Source: a virus
Lineage: Duplodnaviria; Caudoviricetes
IMG/VR virus record: IMGVR_UViG_3300011114_000309
Span: 1 to 58,426 of that record
Length of the DNA stretch: 58,426 nt
Direction: 5' to 3' (one strand)
Numbering within the stretch: the stretch's first letter is position 1; each line of letters opens with the position of its first letter. The position numbers and the translations under genes are program-made. The notes under the pieces were generated by a model. The model was not told where the DNA came from. It did no database searches and saw only the letters and a list, made by a program, of their open reading frames with translations. Positions 42,517-52,220 of this stretch are shown here, in pieces.

Positions 42517-42758
42517 AAGCACCGCAGAAAAGTCTGAAGGATTGGACGGATCAACGTTGGAGGACACGCAGTGGCAAACCTAGCACACAGGGTCCAAAAG
42601 CAACTGGCGAACGATATCTCCCGGAGGCGGCAATTAAGTCTCTTACACCTTCAGAGTATGCTGCGACTACAAGAGCAAAACGAACTGGAAAAAGCGCAGG
42701 AAAACAGTTCGTTAAGCAACCGGCAAAAATTGCCTCAAAGACTGCGAGATTTAGATGA
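42513..42758 (+). CDS. Small basic protein
   Basis: QKSLKDWTDQRW...GERYLP. Confidence 0.7.
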   Translation: MKAPQKSLKDWTDQRWRTRSGKPSTQGPKATGERYLPEAAIKSLTPSEYAATTRAKRTGKSAGKQFVKQPAKIASKTARFR

Positions 42759-43693
42759 CCACTAGCGGTTCAACTGGGTTTTCACCAGAGTTCACAGAAA
42801 TAGCCGAAGAGGCGTGGGAGAGGGCTGGCCGTGAGATGCGGACTGGTTATGACTTACGCACTGCTCGGCGTTCCATGAACCTGATGACCATTGAGTGGCA
42901 AAACCGTGGCATCAACATGTGGACCATCGATCAGGGAACCATCACCCTGACGGCTGGTGTAAACACATATGCATTGCCTGTAGATACGATTGATTTGCTA
43001 GAACACGTCATTCGTACCGGTCAGAATGTATCGTCTACGCAGGCAGACCTAACAATTACACGTATTAGCGTTTCGACCTACGCTACGATTCCTAACAAAC
43101 TACAGCAGGCTAGGCCTATCCAAGTTTGGATTCAAAGACTCTCAGGTCAGGTATCCCCCGCTAATGCAACGTTGTCTTCGACGATTAACTCAACGACAAC
43201 GACAATCACCCTTAGTTCAACGGCAAGTCTTCCTAGCGCAGGATTTATTCGTATTGACAGTGAAGATATTCTCTATCAATGGTTAGATGGTAATTCGCTT
43301 GGCGGGGTAGTACGAGGGCAAAACGGCACCACGGCTGCAAGCCATACTTCTGGGGCAACGATATATAACCCCAACCTTCCGGCCATAACAGTCTGGCCTA
43401 CGCCAGACAACAGTACGACATACCAATTTGTCTACTGGAGAATGAGAAGAGTGCAAGACGCAGGAGCAGGTATACAGACTGCGGATATGAACTTCCGTTT
43501 CCTTCCATGTCTAGTTGCAGGACTTGCTTACTACATCGCTATGAAGCAACCAGAACTTGTTTCTCGAGTTGATATGTTGAAGATGGCTTATGAAGAGCAA
43601 TTCAACCTAGCAGCAGGCGAAGATCGAGAGAAAGCCGCTATCCGATTTGTCCCACGCCAACAGTTCATAGGATCTGGAGGTGGCTATGGGTAA
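42755..43693 (+). CDS. Putative head-tail adaptor with inserted beta domain
   Basis: EEAWERAG...ARRSMNL; RFLPCLVAGLAYY; insert TTITLSST...VRGQNGTTAASH. Confidence 0.65.
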   Translation: MTTSGSTGFSPEFTEIAEEAWERAGREMRTGYDLRTARRSMNLMTIEWQNRGINMWTIDQGTITLTAGVNTYALPVDTIDLLEHVIRTGQNVSSTQADLTITRISVSTYATIPNKLQQARPIQVWIQRLSGQVSPANATLSSTINSTTTTITLSSTASLPSAGFIRIDSEDILYQWLDGNSLGGVVRGQNGTTAASHTSGATIYNPNLPAITVWPTPDNSTTYQFVYWRMRRVQDAGAGIQTADMNFRFLPCLVAGLAYYIAMKQPELVSRVDMLKMAYEEQFNLAAGEDREKAAIRFVPRQQFIGSGGGYG

Positions 43694-44099
43694 TAGATAT
43701 GCCTCTGGAAAGCATTCAATTGCTATGTGTGATAGGTGTGGCGCGCAATTTAAATTAAAAAAACTTAGAACAGAAGTTATAAAAACCAAACGGTATAACT
43801 TATTGGTTTGTGACGAGTGCTTTGATCCCGATCAACCTCAATTGCTTCTTGGTATGTTTCCTGTGGACGATCCACAGGCTGTACGTAACCCAAGAAAAGA
43901 TACAACCTACGTCACTGCTGGGGTAAATGGTCTTGAGTTACTGCCTAATTCTTCTGGTGGATTTCCGACTGGAGGATCTCGAGATATACAGTGGGGGTGG
44001 AATCCAGTAGGTGGTGCTTCGGCATACGATGACGGACTAACACCAAACTACTTGGCCGCAGCAACGGCTGTTGGTACAGTAACGATATCTTTAACATAG
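43680..44099 (+). CDS. Zn-finger-containing protein
   Basis: CDRC...CDEC; DPQAVRNPR. Confidence 0.7.
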   Translation: MAMGNRYASGKHSIAMCDRCGAQFKLKKLRTEVIKTKRYNLLVCDECFDPDQPQLLLGMFPVDDPQAVRNPRKDTTYVTAGVNGLELLPNSSGGFPTGGSRDIQWGWNPVGGASAYDDGLTPNYLAAATAVGTVTISLT

Positions 44100-44108
44100 G
44101 AGTGCATC

Positions 44109-44282
44109 ATGGATGCAAAGACTGCGGTACACAAACATGAAAAGGCAATGCACCCTGGCAAGCCTTTAACAAAACTAGCTAAAGGCGGAAAGACAAACGC
44201 TGATATGTTGAAGATGGGACGCAACCTAGCAAAGGTAGCGAACCAGAAAAAATCTTCGTTTACTTATCGGGGTATGAAATGA
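44109..44282 (+). CDS. Small basic protein, 57 aa (not in ORF track)
   Basis: AGGAG RBS; MDAKTAVHKHEKAMHPGKPLTKLAKGG... Confidence 0.7.
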   Translation: MDAKTAVHKHEKAMHPGKPLTKLAKGGKTNADMLKMGRNLAKVANQKKSSFTYRGMK

Positions 44283-44431
44283 AAGATATTAAGGTTGTTA
44301 AAAAACCGAAACCCGTTCCTGTGGTTCATACGGCTGGGTATCCGGAGAAAGACATTAAAACCAGTGGCATAAAAATTCGTGGCACTGGCGCGGCAACTAA
44401 GGGTGTAATGGCTCGGGGGCCGATGGCGTGA
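44279..44431 (+). CDS. Small basic protein, 50 aa (not in ORF track)
   Basis: ATGA/GTGA coupling at both ends; KTSGIKIRGTGAATKG.MARGPMA. Confidence 0.7.
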   Translation: MKDIKVVKKPKPVPVVHTAGYPEKDIKTSGIKIRGTGAATKGVMARGPMA

Positions 44432-45339
44432 ATTATCAAGAGCTTGTTACGGCGGTAGAAGACTACCTCGAAACAACGTTTAAGACGGCGGACATGAACA
44501 CCATGATCCGCCAAGCGGAGCAACGTATTTACAATACGGTGCAGATTGCTAATCTGCGTAAAAACGTCACAGGCTCGTTAACGGCAAATAATAAATATTT
44601 GCAATGTCCCTCAGACATGCTTTCGGTATATTCGCTTGCAGTCATAAAAAGTAATGGTGAATACCTATACTTGTTAAACAAAGACGTTAACTTCATTAGA
44701 GAAGCGTACCCTGATCCAACGTCAACTGGCTTGCCAAAACATTACGCTTTGTTTGGTCCAGACTATCCAACGTTTCCAAACGAACTTGTATTTATTGTCG
44801 GTCCCACACCTGATACAGGTTACAGTGCTGAACTACACTATTACTTTTACCCGACATCAATTGTGCAACGCGCAATAAATAGCGTTGGTGCGATAGTTGG
44901 TGGATCAGGTTATGTAAATGGCACGTACTTTGATGTGCCGCTTACGGGAGGTAGTGGGTCGGCAGCGACGGCCACAATTACGGTATCCGGCAATGCAGTA
45001 ACAGCAGTTGCTATATCTAACCCTGGTTGTTTTTATGTGGCAAACGACTCGTTAACTTGTGCCAATACTTATCTAGGTGGCACGGGATCAGGATTTACAG
45101 TAGCCGTTTCTGCCGTAGACAACATAGCAGGTACAACGTGGTTAGGCGATAACTTTGATTCTGCGTTGTTAAACGCAACCATATTAGAAGGGACCACGTT
45201 CTTAAAACTTGAGCCGGATCTTATGAAGCTTGCTAGCGATAGATATGTCCAATCGATTGCGCTTCTCAAGAATCTTGGAGACGGTAAGCAAAGGATGGAT
45301 GCATACCGAGACGGCCAGGTTAGGGTTCAAGTGTCATGA
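44428..45339 (+). CDS. Putative head-tail adaptor with GSGY-type beta insert
   Basis: MNYQEL...IRQAEQRI, GLPKHY, GPTPD, TTWL motifs. Confidence 0.65.
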   Translation: MNYQELVTAVEDYLETTFKTADMNTMIRQAEQRIYNTVQIANLRKNVTGSLTANNKYLQCPSDMLSVYSLAVIKSNGEYLYLLNKDVNFIREAYPDPTSTGLPKHYALFGPDYPTFPNELVFIVGPTPDTGYSAELHYYFYPTSIVQRAINSVGAIVGGSGYVNGTYFDVPLTGGSGSAATATITVSGNAVTAVAISNPGCFYVANDSLTCANTYLGGTGSGFTVAVSAVDNIAGTTWLGDNFDSALLNATILEGTTFLKLEPDLMKLASDRYVQSIALLKNLGDGKQRMDAYRDGQVRVQVS

Positions 45340-45752
45340 GTATCGTCCAAGGGCAGACAACAAGCTTTAAGTATGAATTGTATTTAGGTATACATGACCT
45401 AGATACAGACGTATTAAAAATAGCTTTGTTTACTGCAAATGCGAACCTTAACCAAGGAACTACCGTTTACTCGTCAGCCAACGAAGTAAGCGGTACTGGG
45501 TATACACTTGGCGGGAAAGTATTGACAGGCGTTACAGTAAGTTATTCAGGTACGACGGCATACGTAGACTTTGATAATGTGATTTGGAATCCTGCTTCAT
45601 TTACAGCTCGATGTGCATTGATTTACAACAGCAGTAAAGCAGATCGTTCGATAGCAGTTTTAGATTTTGGATCTGACAAAACAACCACAACTCAATTTAC
45701 AATTACGATGCCGACCAATTCAGCAACCAATGCTTTGATACGGATGGATTAA
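45336..45752 (+). CDS. Putative tail protein
   Basis: LKIALFT...NEVSGTGYTLGG...ALIYN...AVLDFGSDKT. Confidence 0.7.
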   Translation: MSIVQGQTTSFKYELYLGIHDLDTDVLKIALFTANANLNQGTTVYSSANEVSGTGYTLGGKVLTGVTVSYSGTTAYVDFDNVIWNPASFTARCALIYNSSKADRSIAVLDFGSDKTTTTQFTITMPTNSATNALIRMD

Positions 45753-45754
45753 AG

Positions 45755-46336
45755 ATGGAAAAAGCAAAAGCGGGTGATCAAGTTTCTAGCGGGTTAGCCG
45801 CTAAAACATCGTGGGGTGAATCGGCTGTGGCCTGCGGTAGGTACTATGCAGAGTGCCATGACAAGGATGGCAACCTCAAGTGGACTGCTGAGGGTGATAA
45901 CTTGGTGGTTAACGTCGGTCTTCAGTACATGGCTGGCACAGCACTGGCAAACTCGGCAGCACAGATCACAACGTGGTATGTGGGCTTATACGGTGCTGCT
46001 GCAAGTAACACACCGGCTGCTTCAGATACGCTGGCAGTACACCCTGGATGGACCGAATTAGCAGGTGGCGGCTCCATTTATTCTGGGACTAGACCAGCGG
46101 CAACTTTTGCCGCTTCTACGAATGCTAATCCTTCCGTAGTAACAAACACCTCTAATAAAGCTGTTTTCAATATTACGGGTACTTCAACGGTTGGCGGTGC
46201 GTTTCTTTGCTCTGTTGCATCAGGCACTTCTGGTACGTTATTCAGTGCCGCAGACTTCCAGGCACCCGGAGATCGGTCGGTAGTTTCAGGTGATGTAATT
46301 TCTGTAACGTACCAATTTTCATTAACGGCAACATGA
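45755..46336 (+). CDS. Putative tail protein
   Basis: NLVVNVG, WYVGL, GTLFSAADF; tail module position. Confidence 0.65.
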   Translation: MEKAKAGDQVSSGLAAKTSWGESAVACGRYYAECHDKDGNLKWTAEGDNLVVNVGLQYMAGTALANSAAQITTWYVGLYGAAASNTPAASDTLAVHPGWTELAGGGSIYSGTRPAATFAASTNANPSVVTNTSNKAVFNITGTSTVGGAFLCSVASGTSGTLFSAADFQAPGDRSVVSGDVISVTYQFSLTAT

Positions 46337-46809
46337 GTGAAGGCGGCTGGGGATCAGGTGCATGGGGAATTGGGCCTTGGGGCAGGTCAGCTTATGATCG
46401 TTCTGTTCTTGAACTGGCTTCAGGAAACGACACAGTTGCTGTGCCGGGGGTTGAGTATCCAGCATCTATTCTTGAAGCCGCATCGGGTAATGACCGTATG
46501 GAGGGCAACCCGTACTTCGCCGCCAATATTCTTGAAGCAGCCAGTGGTGCAGATACAATTGCAGGGGCTGCTAATTTTGGTGGAACGATTATTGAAACAT
46601 CTGCTGGTGCAGACAGTATTTCAGGTTCAGCAAGCTTTATTAGTTCTGTGCTTGAGAATGCGGCTGGTAATGACCTTGTTTCAATCAATCTTCAAATGCA
46701 GCTATCTGTACTTGAAAACGCATCTGGCGCTGATAGCATCTCTGCTGTATTGTTCTGGGAGCAGATCAATACAACACAAAACGCCGGTTGGTCGCAGATA
46801 ACGACGTAA
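46333..46809 (+). CDS. Putative tail protein with ~21-aa repeats
   Basis: GWGxGxWG N-terminus; six (I/V)LExASGxD-like repeats. Confidence 0.65.
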   Translation: MSEGGWGSGAWGIGPWGRSAYDRSVLELASGNDTVAVPGVEYPASILEAASGNDRMEGNPYFAANILEAASGADTIAGAANFGGTIIETSAGADSISGSASFISSVLENAAGNDLVSINLQMQLSVLENASGADSISAVLFWEQINTTQNAGWSQITT

Positions 46810-46818
46810 GGAATAGTT

Positions 46819-49218
46819 ATGCCTTATACAAGTCTATTAGATTTAATTACCCCAGTCCAAGGAACCGAATCGGGAACTTGGGGTGATGCGGTCAATCGTG
46901 GCCTAACGGCTTATCTTGATATTGCAATTGCAGGTACACAGACATTAAGTACAGATGCTGATGTAACGCTGGTAAATACTCAAGGCACGAATTCAGCAAC
47001 AAATATTGGGACGACATCAGCCCAGTACATGATCCTGAACTGTACCGGTTCCAGATCGCAACTACGCTACATAAACGTACCCAATAGTAGTAAAGCCTAC
47101 ATTGTGATGAACAACACCTCTGGTGGGTTCAATGTCACGATCAGGGGAAGCACTGGGCCTACGACAGGTATTACGGTTGCTCCTGGCAAACAGACTTGGG
47201 TGGCCTGGGATACAAATGCCGGTGATTTCAAAGAGATTGCTTCGGGTGATGTAGACGGACCTTCGTCTTCTACTGATAACGCAGTTGCTCGGTTTGATGG
47301 TACGACCGGCAAGATCATTCAAAACTCAGCCGTTACGATTGCTGATACCACCGGTGATATTACTGGCGGGGCTTACAACAAAGTCACGATCACTGCTCCA
47401 GCATCTAGCGCAACACTAACGATTGCTGATGGCAAGACATTAACGGCTAGTAATAGCCTGACGCTAGCGGGTACTGATAGCACCACGATGACCTTTCCGG
47501 GGACCAGTGCAACGATTGCACGGACGGATGCGGCTCAGACATTTACGGGCATACAGACCTTTAGTTCGGCACCGATCTTATCCTCGGCCACGGCAAGTAA
47601 AGCAGTCTTTACGGATGGATCTAAAGCACTTACCTCTACAGGTACGCTAACCACGGATCAGGGTGGTACAGGTCAGTCTAGTTACACCGCTGGTGATTTG
47701 GTTTACTACGCCACGGGTACAGCGTTTACCAAGCTTGCGATTGGTTTAGGCACGACCATCCTTACGTCTTCAGGAACAGCACCGCAGTGGAGTGCTGCAT
47801 CAGGTGTGACGGTTGGGACGGCTACGAATCTTGCAGGTGGTGCAGCAGGGTCGGTGCCTTATCAGACAGGATCAGGTGCGACAAGCTTCTTATCCATCGG
47901 CACATCTAACTATGTCCTGACTTCCACAGGATCAGCGCCAACCTGGACAGCGAATACCGGTACAGGGAATGTCGTTAGAGCAACATCACCTACGCTTACC
48001 ACGCCTGTTCTTGGTGTAGCTACAGCAACAAGTTTGAATGGTCTAACGGTATCCACGACCACGGGTACGCTAACACTTGCAAATGGATCTACGCTTGCAA
48101 CCTCTGGTGCTAATAGCATCACGTTGACTTCCACGGGTGCTACAAACGTCACGCTTCCCACGTCGGGAACCTTGGCAACCACAAGCAATACCGTAGCAAC
48201 GATCTCATTTGGCACGACAGGTTTAACGCCAAGCACGGCAACAGGTGGTGCAGTAACGGTTGCGGGTAACTTAAGTCCTGCTAATGGTGGCACGGGTGTA
48301 TCTAACAATGCACTGAATACGATTACTTTCACGGGTAACTACAGTCTTGGGCTGACCTTAAATGGCAATACATCGGTTACCTTACCAACGACCGGCACGT
48401 TAGCGACGCTGGCAGGGGCAGAAACCCTGACCAACAAGACCATCAACGGTGCTAACAATACGATCAGTAATATCAACCTAGCCTCTCAGGTCACAGGTAC
48501 GCTGCCTTTTGGGAACGGTGGTACAGGCAATACGGCCACACCAACGAATGGTCAGTTGCTGATTGGTAATGGATCAGGCTTTAGCCTTGCTACGTTGACT
48601 GCTGGTTCGGGCATCACGGTTACTAACTCCTCTGGCGGCATCACTATTGCTGCATCGGGTGGCGGTGGATCGGGTACGGTTACTAGCGTTAGCTGGACGG
48701 GCGGTATTGTTTCTGTAGCTACAGCGACGACCACACCGGCATTTACGATTGCTGGTACGTCAGGTGGTATTCCATACTTCTCAAGCGGTACAACTTGGGC
48801 AAGCTCTGGTGCGTTGGCTGCTAATGCGATTGTGATTGGTGGTGGCGCAGGGGTTGCACCGAGTACAACGTCCACGGCGGCAGGCATTCTGACCTTCTTG
48901 GGTACGCCATCATCGGCTAACCTTGCAGCGGCAGTCACGGATGAAACGGGGTCAGGTTCTTTAGTATTTGCTACCAGCCCCACGCTAGTGACACCAACAC
49001 TTGGTGTAGCAACGGCAACAAGTGTTAACAAGGTTGCTATCACAGCACCGGCAACAAGCGCCACGCTAACACTGGCTAACGGTTCTACCTTGGCGACATC
49101 GGGTGCAAACAGTATTACCTTAACGTCAACTGGTGCAACGAATGTGACGTTGCCAACGTCTGGAACTCTTTCTACAACAGGTTTTGCTATAGCTATGGCT
49201 TTAGTTTTCGGAGGTTAA
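46819..49218 (+). CDS. Tail fibre protein
   Basis: 799 aa, Thr/Gly/Ser-rich; GTWGD N-terminus, STDNAVARFDGTTG and GGTG repeats; internal duplication. Confidence 0.8.
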   Translation: MPYTSLLDLITPVQGTESGTWGDAVNRGLTAYLDIAIAGTQTLSTDADVTLVNTQGTNSATNIGTTSAQYMILNCTGSRSQLRYINVPNSSKAYIVMNNTSGGFNVTIRGSTGPTTGITVAPGKQTWVAWDTNAGDFKEIASGDVDGPSSSTDNAVARFDGTTGKIIQNSAVTIADTTGDITGGAYNKVTITAPASSATLTIADGKTLTASNSLTLAGTDSTTMTFPGTSATIARTDAAQTFTGIQTFSSAPILSSATASKAVFTDGSKALTSTGTLTTDQGGTGQSSYTAGDLVYYATGTAFTKLAIGLGTTILTSSGTAPQWSAASGVTVGTATNLAGGAAGSVPYQTGSGATSFLSIGTSNYVLTSTGSAPTWTANTGTGNVVRATSPTLTTPVLGVATATSLNGLTVSTTTGTLTLANGSTLATSGANSITLTSTGATNVTLPTSGTLATTSNTVATISFGTTGLTPSTATGGAVTVAGNLSPANGGTGVSNNALNTITFTGNYSLGLTLNGNTSVTLPTTGTLATLAGAETLTNKTINGANNTISNINLASQVTGTLPFGNGGTGNTATPTNGQLLIGNGSGFSLATLTAGSGITVTNSSGGITIAASGGGGSGTVTSVSWTGGIVSVATATTTPAFTIAGTSGGIPYFSSGTTWASSGALAANAIVIGGGAGVAPSTTSTAAGILTFLGTPSSANLAAAVTDETGSGSLVFATSPTLVTPTLGVATATSVNKVAITAPATSATLTLANGSTLATSGANSITLTSTGATNVTLPTSGTLSTTGFAIAMALVFGG

Positions 49219-49219
49219 T

Positions 49220-49603
49220 ATGGCGGCGCCGAATATAGTTTCTGTAACAAGCATCGTACCCCATACGGTGTCCATCACCCCTGCTGATACCTCACGAAAT
49301 GCTTTGGTGACGGCACCTGCGACAGGGGCAACGCATAAGGTCAATTCATTGTTAGTGTCTAACATAGACACGGCATCGCCTTACAGTGCCACGGTAGAGT
49401 TGAGGCTGGCGGATGGAACGACTTATCGCTCTATCATTACATCGGTGACGGTTCCAGTTGGCGGCACGGTTGAGGTGATTACCACGGGAACTTCGTTGTA
49501 CTTACTGGATACAAGCGTGACAGGTGAGGCATCAACCTTATGGGTAACAAGCTCCACGGCATCTAAACTGACTTACACCTGTTCTTACACGACGATTTCT
49601 TGA
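49220..49603 (+). CDS. Tail fibre-associated protein
   Basis: MAAPNIV; between the two fibre genes. Confidence 0.65.
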   Translation: MAAPNIVSVTSIVPHTVSITPADTSRNALVTAPATGATHKVNSLLVSNIDTASPYSATVELRLADGTTYRSIITSVTVPVGGTVEVITTGTSLYLLDTSVTGEASTLWVTSSTASKLTYTCSYTTIS

Positions 49604-49613
49604 GGCATAGATC

Positions 49614-51359
49614 ATGGCTCAATTTCCATCTAACTATAACGCGACGGGTATCTGGTCGCTGAGGGATCAGTTTGTTGCTCGGATGGGCAATAACTGGCCT
49701 GGGCCGGTTACGGTTGTAGAGATTTTCACGTCATCCACAACATGGACTGCTCCCACGGGTGTTTCAAGTGTTGATTATTTAGTAGTTGCCGGTGGTGGCG
49801 GAGGTGGCGCAGGGGCAGGTACTCAAGCTGGCGGTGGTGGTGGTGGAGCAGGCGGTTTTCGCACAGGCTCCGGGTTTTCTGTAACCGCTGGAACTAGCTA
49901 CACAATAACAGTAGGCGCTGCGGGAGCGGCAAGTTCCGGTGGTAATGGTGGTGTTGGCGGTAACTCCGTATTTTCTTCCATAACATCAGCTGGCGGCGGG
50001 TATGGCGCAGTAATTGGCCCTGGTTCTGCTGGTGCTGCCGGAGGTTCTGGTGGTTCTGGTGGCGGCGCATCTAATGGAATTGGGTCGGCCCCAGGCGGCA
50101 GCGGAAATACTCCGTCTACATCCCCATCACAAGGAAATAATGGGGGTTCGGTGACTGGAACACCTCCATATTCTTCAGGTGGTGGAGGCGGCGCTAGCGC
50201 AGTTGGTTCTAATGCCGGTGGAAGTGGTGGCGGCGGGAATGGAGGCGCAGGTACTACATCATCTATTTCGGGGATGTCCGTAACCTATGCTGGTGGCGGA
50301 GGTGGTGGTGGCGGTGATTTATCTCCTTCTGGAACTCCAGGTGGGACGGGTGGAGCTGGAGGTGGCGGCAATGGTGGAAGAGGAAATAACCAAAGCCCTG
50401 CATCAACAGCTGGATCGCCAAACACAGGTGGTGGAGGTGGTGGAGCTGGTGGTAATCCTTCTGGAACAACTAATGGTTCCGCAGGCGGCTCCGGCATTGT
50501 CATTCTTCGTTACACCATAAACCCATCTACCCAAACAACTGGCATTCTTACATTCACTAGCAGTACCGTGTGGGTATGTCCTGCTGGTGTGACTTCGGTG
50601 GATTACCTAATTGTTGCCGGTGGTGGCGGTGGTGGTGCTGCTGCGGGTGGCGGTGGTGGTGCAGGAGGATTTTTAACAGCCTCTGGGTTTGCAGTAACAG
50701 CCGGGGATTCATATGTGATTTCTGTTGGAGCCGGAGGTGCCGCAAGCACAACTGCGAATACTACTGCTAGTTCTGGTGGTAGTTCCACATTTGGTTCTAT
50801 TAGAAGCGCCGGTGGCGGCGGTGGTGGTAGCGGTAATAGATCGGGAACATCAGGAGCAACTGCTGGAGCAAATGGTGGATCTGGCGGTGGCGGCGGCGGA
50901 TCATCTCCAGCGCCAGCTACATCAGGTGGAACAGGAAATACACCTAGTACAAGTCCATCACAAGGTAGCAACGGTGGGCAAGGTTATAAGGATGTTGGTG
51001 GTTCTGATGCTGAGTTAGGCGGAGGTGGCGGCGGTGCTTCTGCTGTCGGATCTGATTATTCAACCACAAGTAGTGGATTTGGTGGAAACGGCGGTAACGG
51101 CACAGCATCATCAATTTCTGGGTCTTCGGTTACATACGCCGGTGGCGGAGGTGGCGGTGGAAGAAGCGATGCATCAGGAGCCGGAACCGGCGGAACCGGA
51201 GGCGGAGGCGCTGGATCATTTGCCTCCCCATTCACTGGTACGGCAGGGACTGCAAACCTAGGCGGCGGAGGTGGTGGCGGCGGAGGCCAAAGCGGCTTTG
51301 GAACTGTCTATGGCGGTGGCAACGGCGGCTCTGGTATCGTCATCATTAAAACTTACTGA
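49614..51359 (+). CDS. Glycine-rich tail/receptor-binding protein with two tandem domains
   Basis: Two copies of FTSS.W..P.GV.SVDYL.VAGGGGG...GGSGIVI. Confidence 0.8.
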   Translation: MAQFPSNYNATGIWSLRDQFVARMGNNWPGPVTVVEIFTSSTTWTAPTGVSSVDYLVVAGGGGGGAGAGTQAGGGGGGAGGFRTGSGFSVTAGTSYTITVGAAGAASSGGNGGVGGNSVFSSITSAGGGYGAVIGPGSAGAAGGSGGSGGGASNGIGSAPGGSGNTPSTSPSQGNNGGSVTGTPPYSSGGGGGASAVGSNAGGSGGGGNGGAGTTSSISGMSVTYAGGGGGGGGDLSPSGTPGGTGGAGGGGNGGRGNNQSPASTAGSPNTGGGGGGAGGNPSGTTNGSAGGSGIVILRYTINPSTQTTGILTFTSSTVWVCPAGVTSVDYLIVAGGGGGGAAAGGGGGAGGFLTASGFAVTAGDSYVISVGAGGAASTTANTTASSGGSSTFGSIRSAGGGGGGSGNRSGTSGATAGANGGSGGGGGGSSPAPATSGGTGNTPSTSPSQGSNGGQGYKDVGGSDAELGGGGGGASAVGSDYSTTSSGFGGNGGNGTASSISGSSVTYAGGGGGGGRSDASGAGTGGTGGGGAGSFASPFTGTAGTANLGGGGGGGGGQSGFGTVYGGGNGGSGIVIIKTY

Positions 51360-51368
51360 TAAAACACT

Positions 51369-51620
51369 ATGACCAAAACATACAGACTCTACGGTGTAGA
51401 TACAGCAATGGCACTGCTTCGTCCCGGTGCCAAGTGGGAGATTAGTAACTCTCATTTCACACGCTGGGATGATCCACGTCCTTGCCCGACATGGCAGGAA
51501 GTGCAAGACACGATGGAAAAGATCAAAGCCTTTGAGGATTCCATTAACACGATCTACACCGAAGAGCAGATCAAAGAGCATAACGCTTGGACAGACATGA
51601 TGAACAAGGCGGCGGCATGA
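51369..51620 (+). CDS. Tail fibre assembly-like small protein
   Basis: LLRPGAKW...WDDPRPCPTWQE. Confidence 0.6.
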   Translation: MTKTYRLYGVDTAMALLRPGAKWEISNSHFTRWDDPRPCPTWQEVQDTMEKIKAFEDSINTIYTEEQIKEHNAWTDMMNKAAA

Positions 51621-52219
51621 ATTTGCACGGCTTATTCGCCCAGCCGGTTGGGTTCTTTGACCTCAACAGGCCACTGTCTGATGAGGAGAAGTTCTTCCTC
51701 ATGGAGTTGGAACAGCGTCCCAACATGGGCAACCGCACAAGTGCGAACAACTTTGTCCTGCGCGATAAGCTGATGACGAGTCTGCGCGGCTGGATGGAAG
51801 ACTGTGTAGCTGAGTATTTCAAAGCCACAACCAACCCTAAGCACGATGTCACGCTAAGGCTTACACAGTCTTGGGTGAATTACTCGGAGCCAGGGCAATA
51901 TCACCACAAACACGCGCATCCGAATTCATTTGTGTCTGGTGTGTTTTATATCCAGACAAACCCCAACGACAAGATCTTTTTCTACCGTGACGGCTACAGC
52001 CAGATCAAATTCCCTCCTGCTGAGTGGAATAGCTGGAACAGTGAGTCATGGTGGTTTGAAGCGATCACGGGCAGGCTGATTCTTTTCCCGTCAAGTTTGA
52101 CGCACATGGTGCCGACGGTGGAAGGTGAAGATGTTCGTGTTAGCTTGTCATTTAATACCTTCCCTGCCGGAACGGTTGGCGAAGAGATGGATTTAACCGG
52201 ATTGAAACTGGAGGTTTAG
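51617..52219 (+). CDS. 2OG-Fe(II) oxygenase-like protein (TIGR02466-like)
   Basis: SWVN, HHKHAHPNS.VSGVFY, LILFPS.L.H.V, RVSLSFN. Confidence 0.88.
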   Translation: MNLHGLFAQPVGFFDLNRPLSDEEKFFLMELEQRPNMGNRTSANNFVLRDKLMTSLRGWMEDCVAEYFKATTNPKHDVTLRLTQSWVNYSEPGQYHHKHAHPNSFVSGVFYIQTNPNDKIFFYRDGYSQIKFPPAEWNSWNSESWWFEAITGRLILFPSSLTHMVPTVEGEDVRVSLSFNTFPAGTVGEEMDLTGLKLEV

Positions 52220-52220
52220 C

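Noticed and set aside
46819-51359. Diversity-generating retroelement acting on tail fibres
   Set aside because: No reverse transcriptase recognised; duplicated segments differ at synonymous sites, not specifically at adenines.
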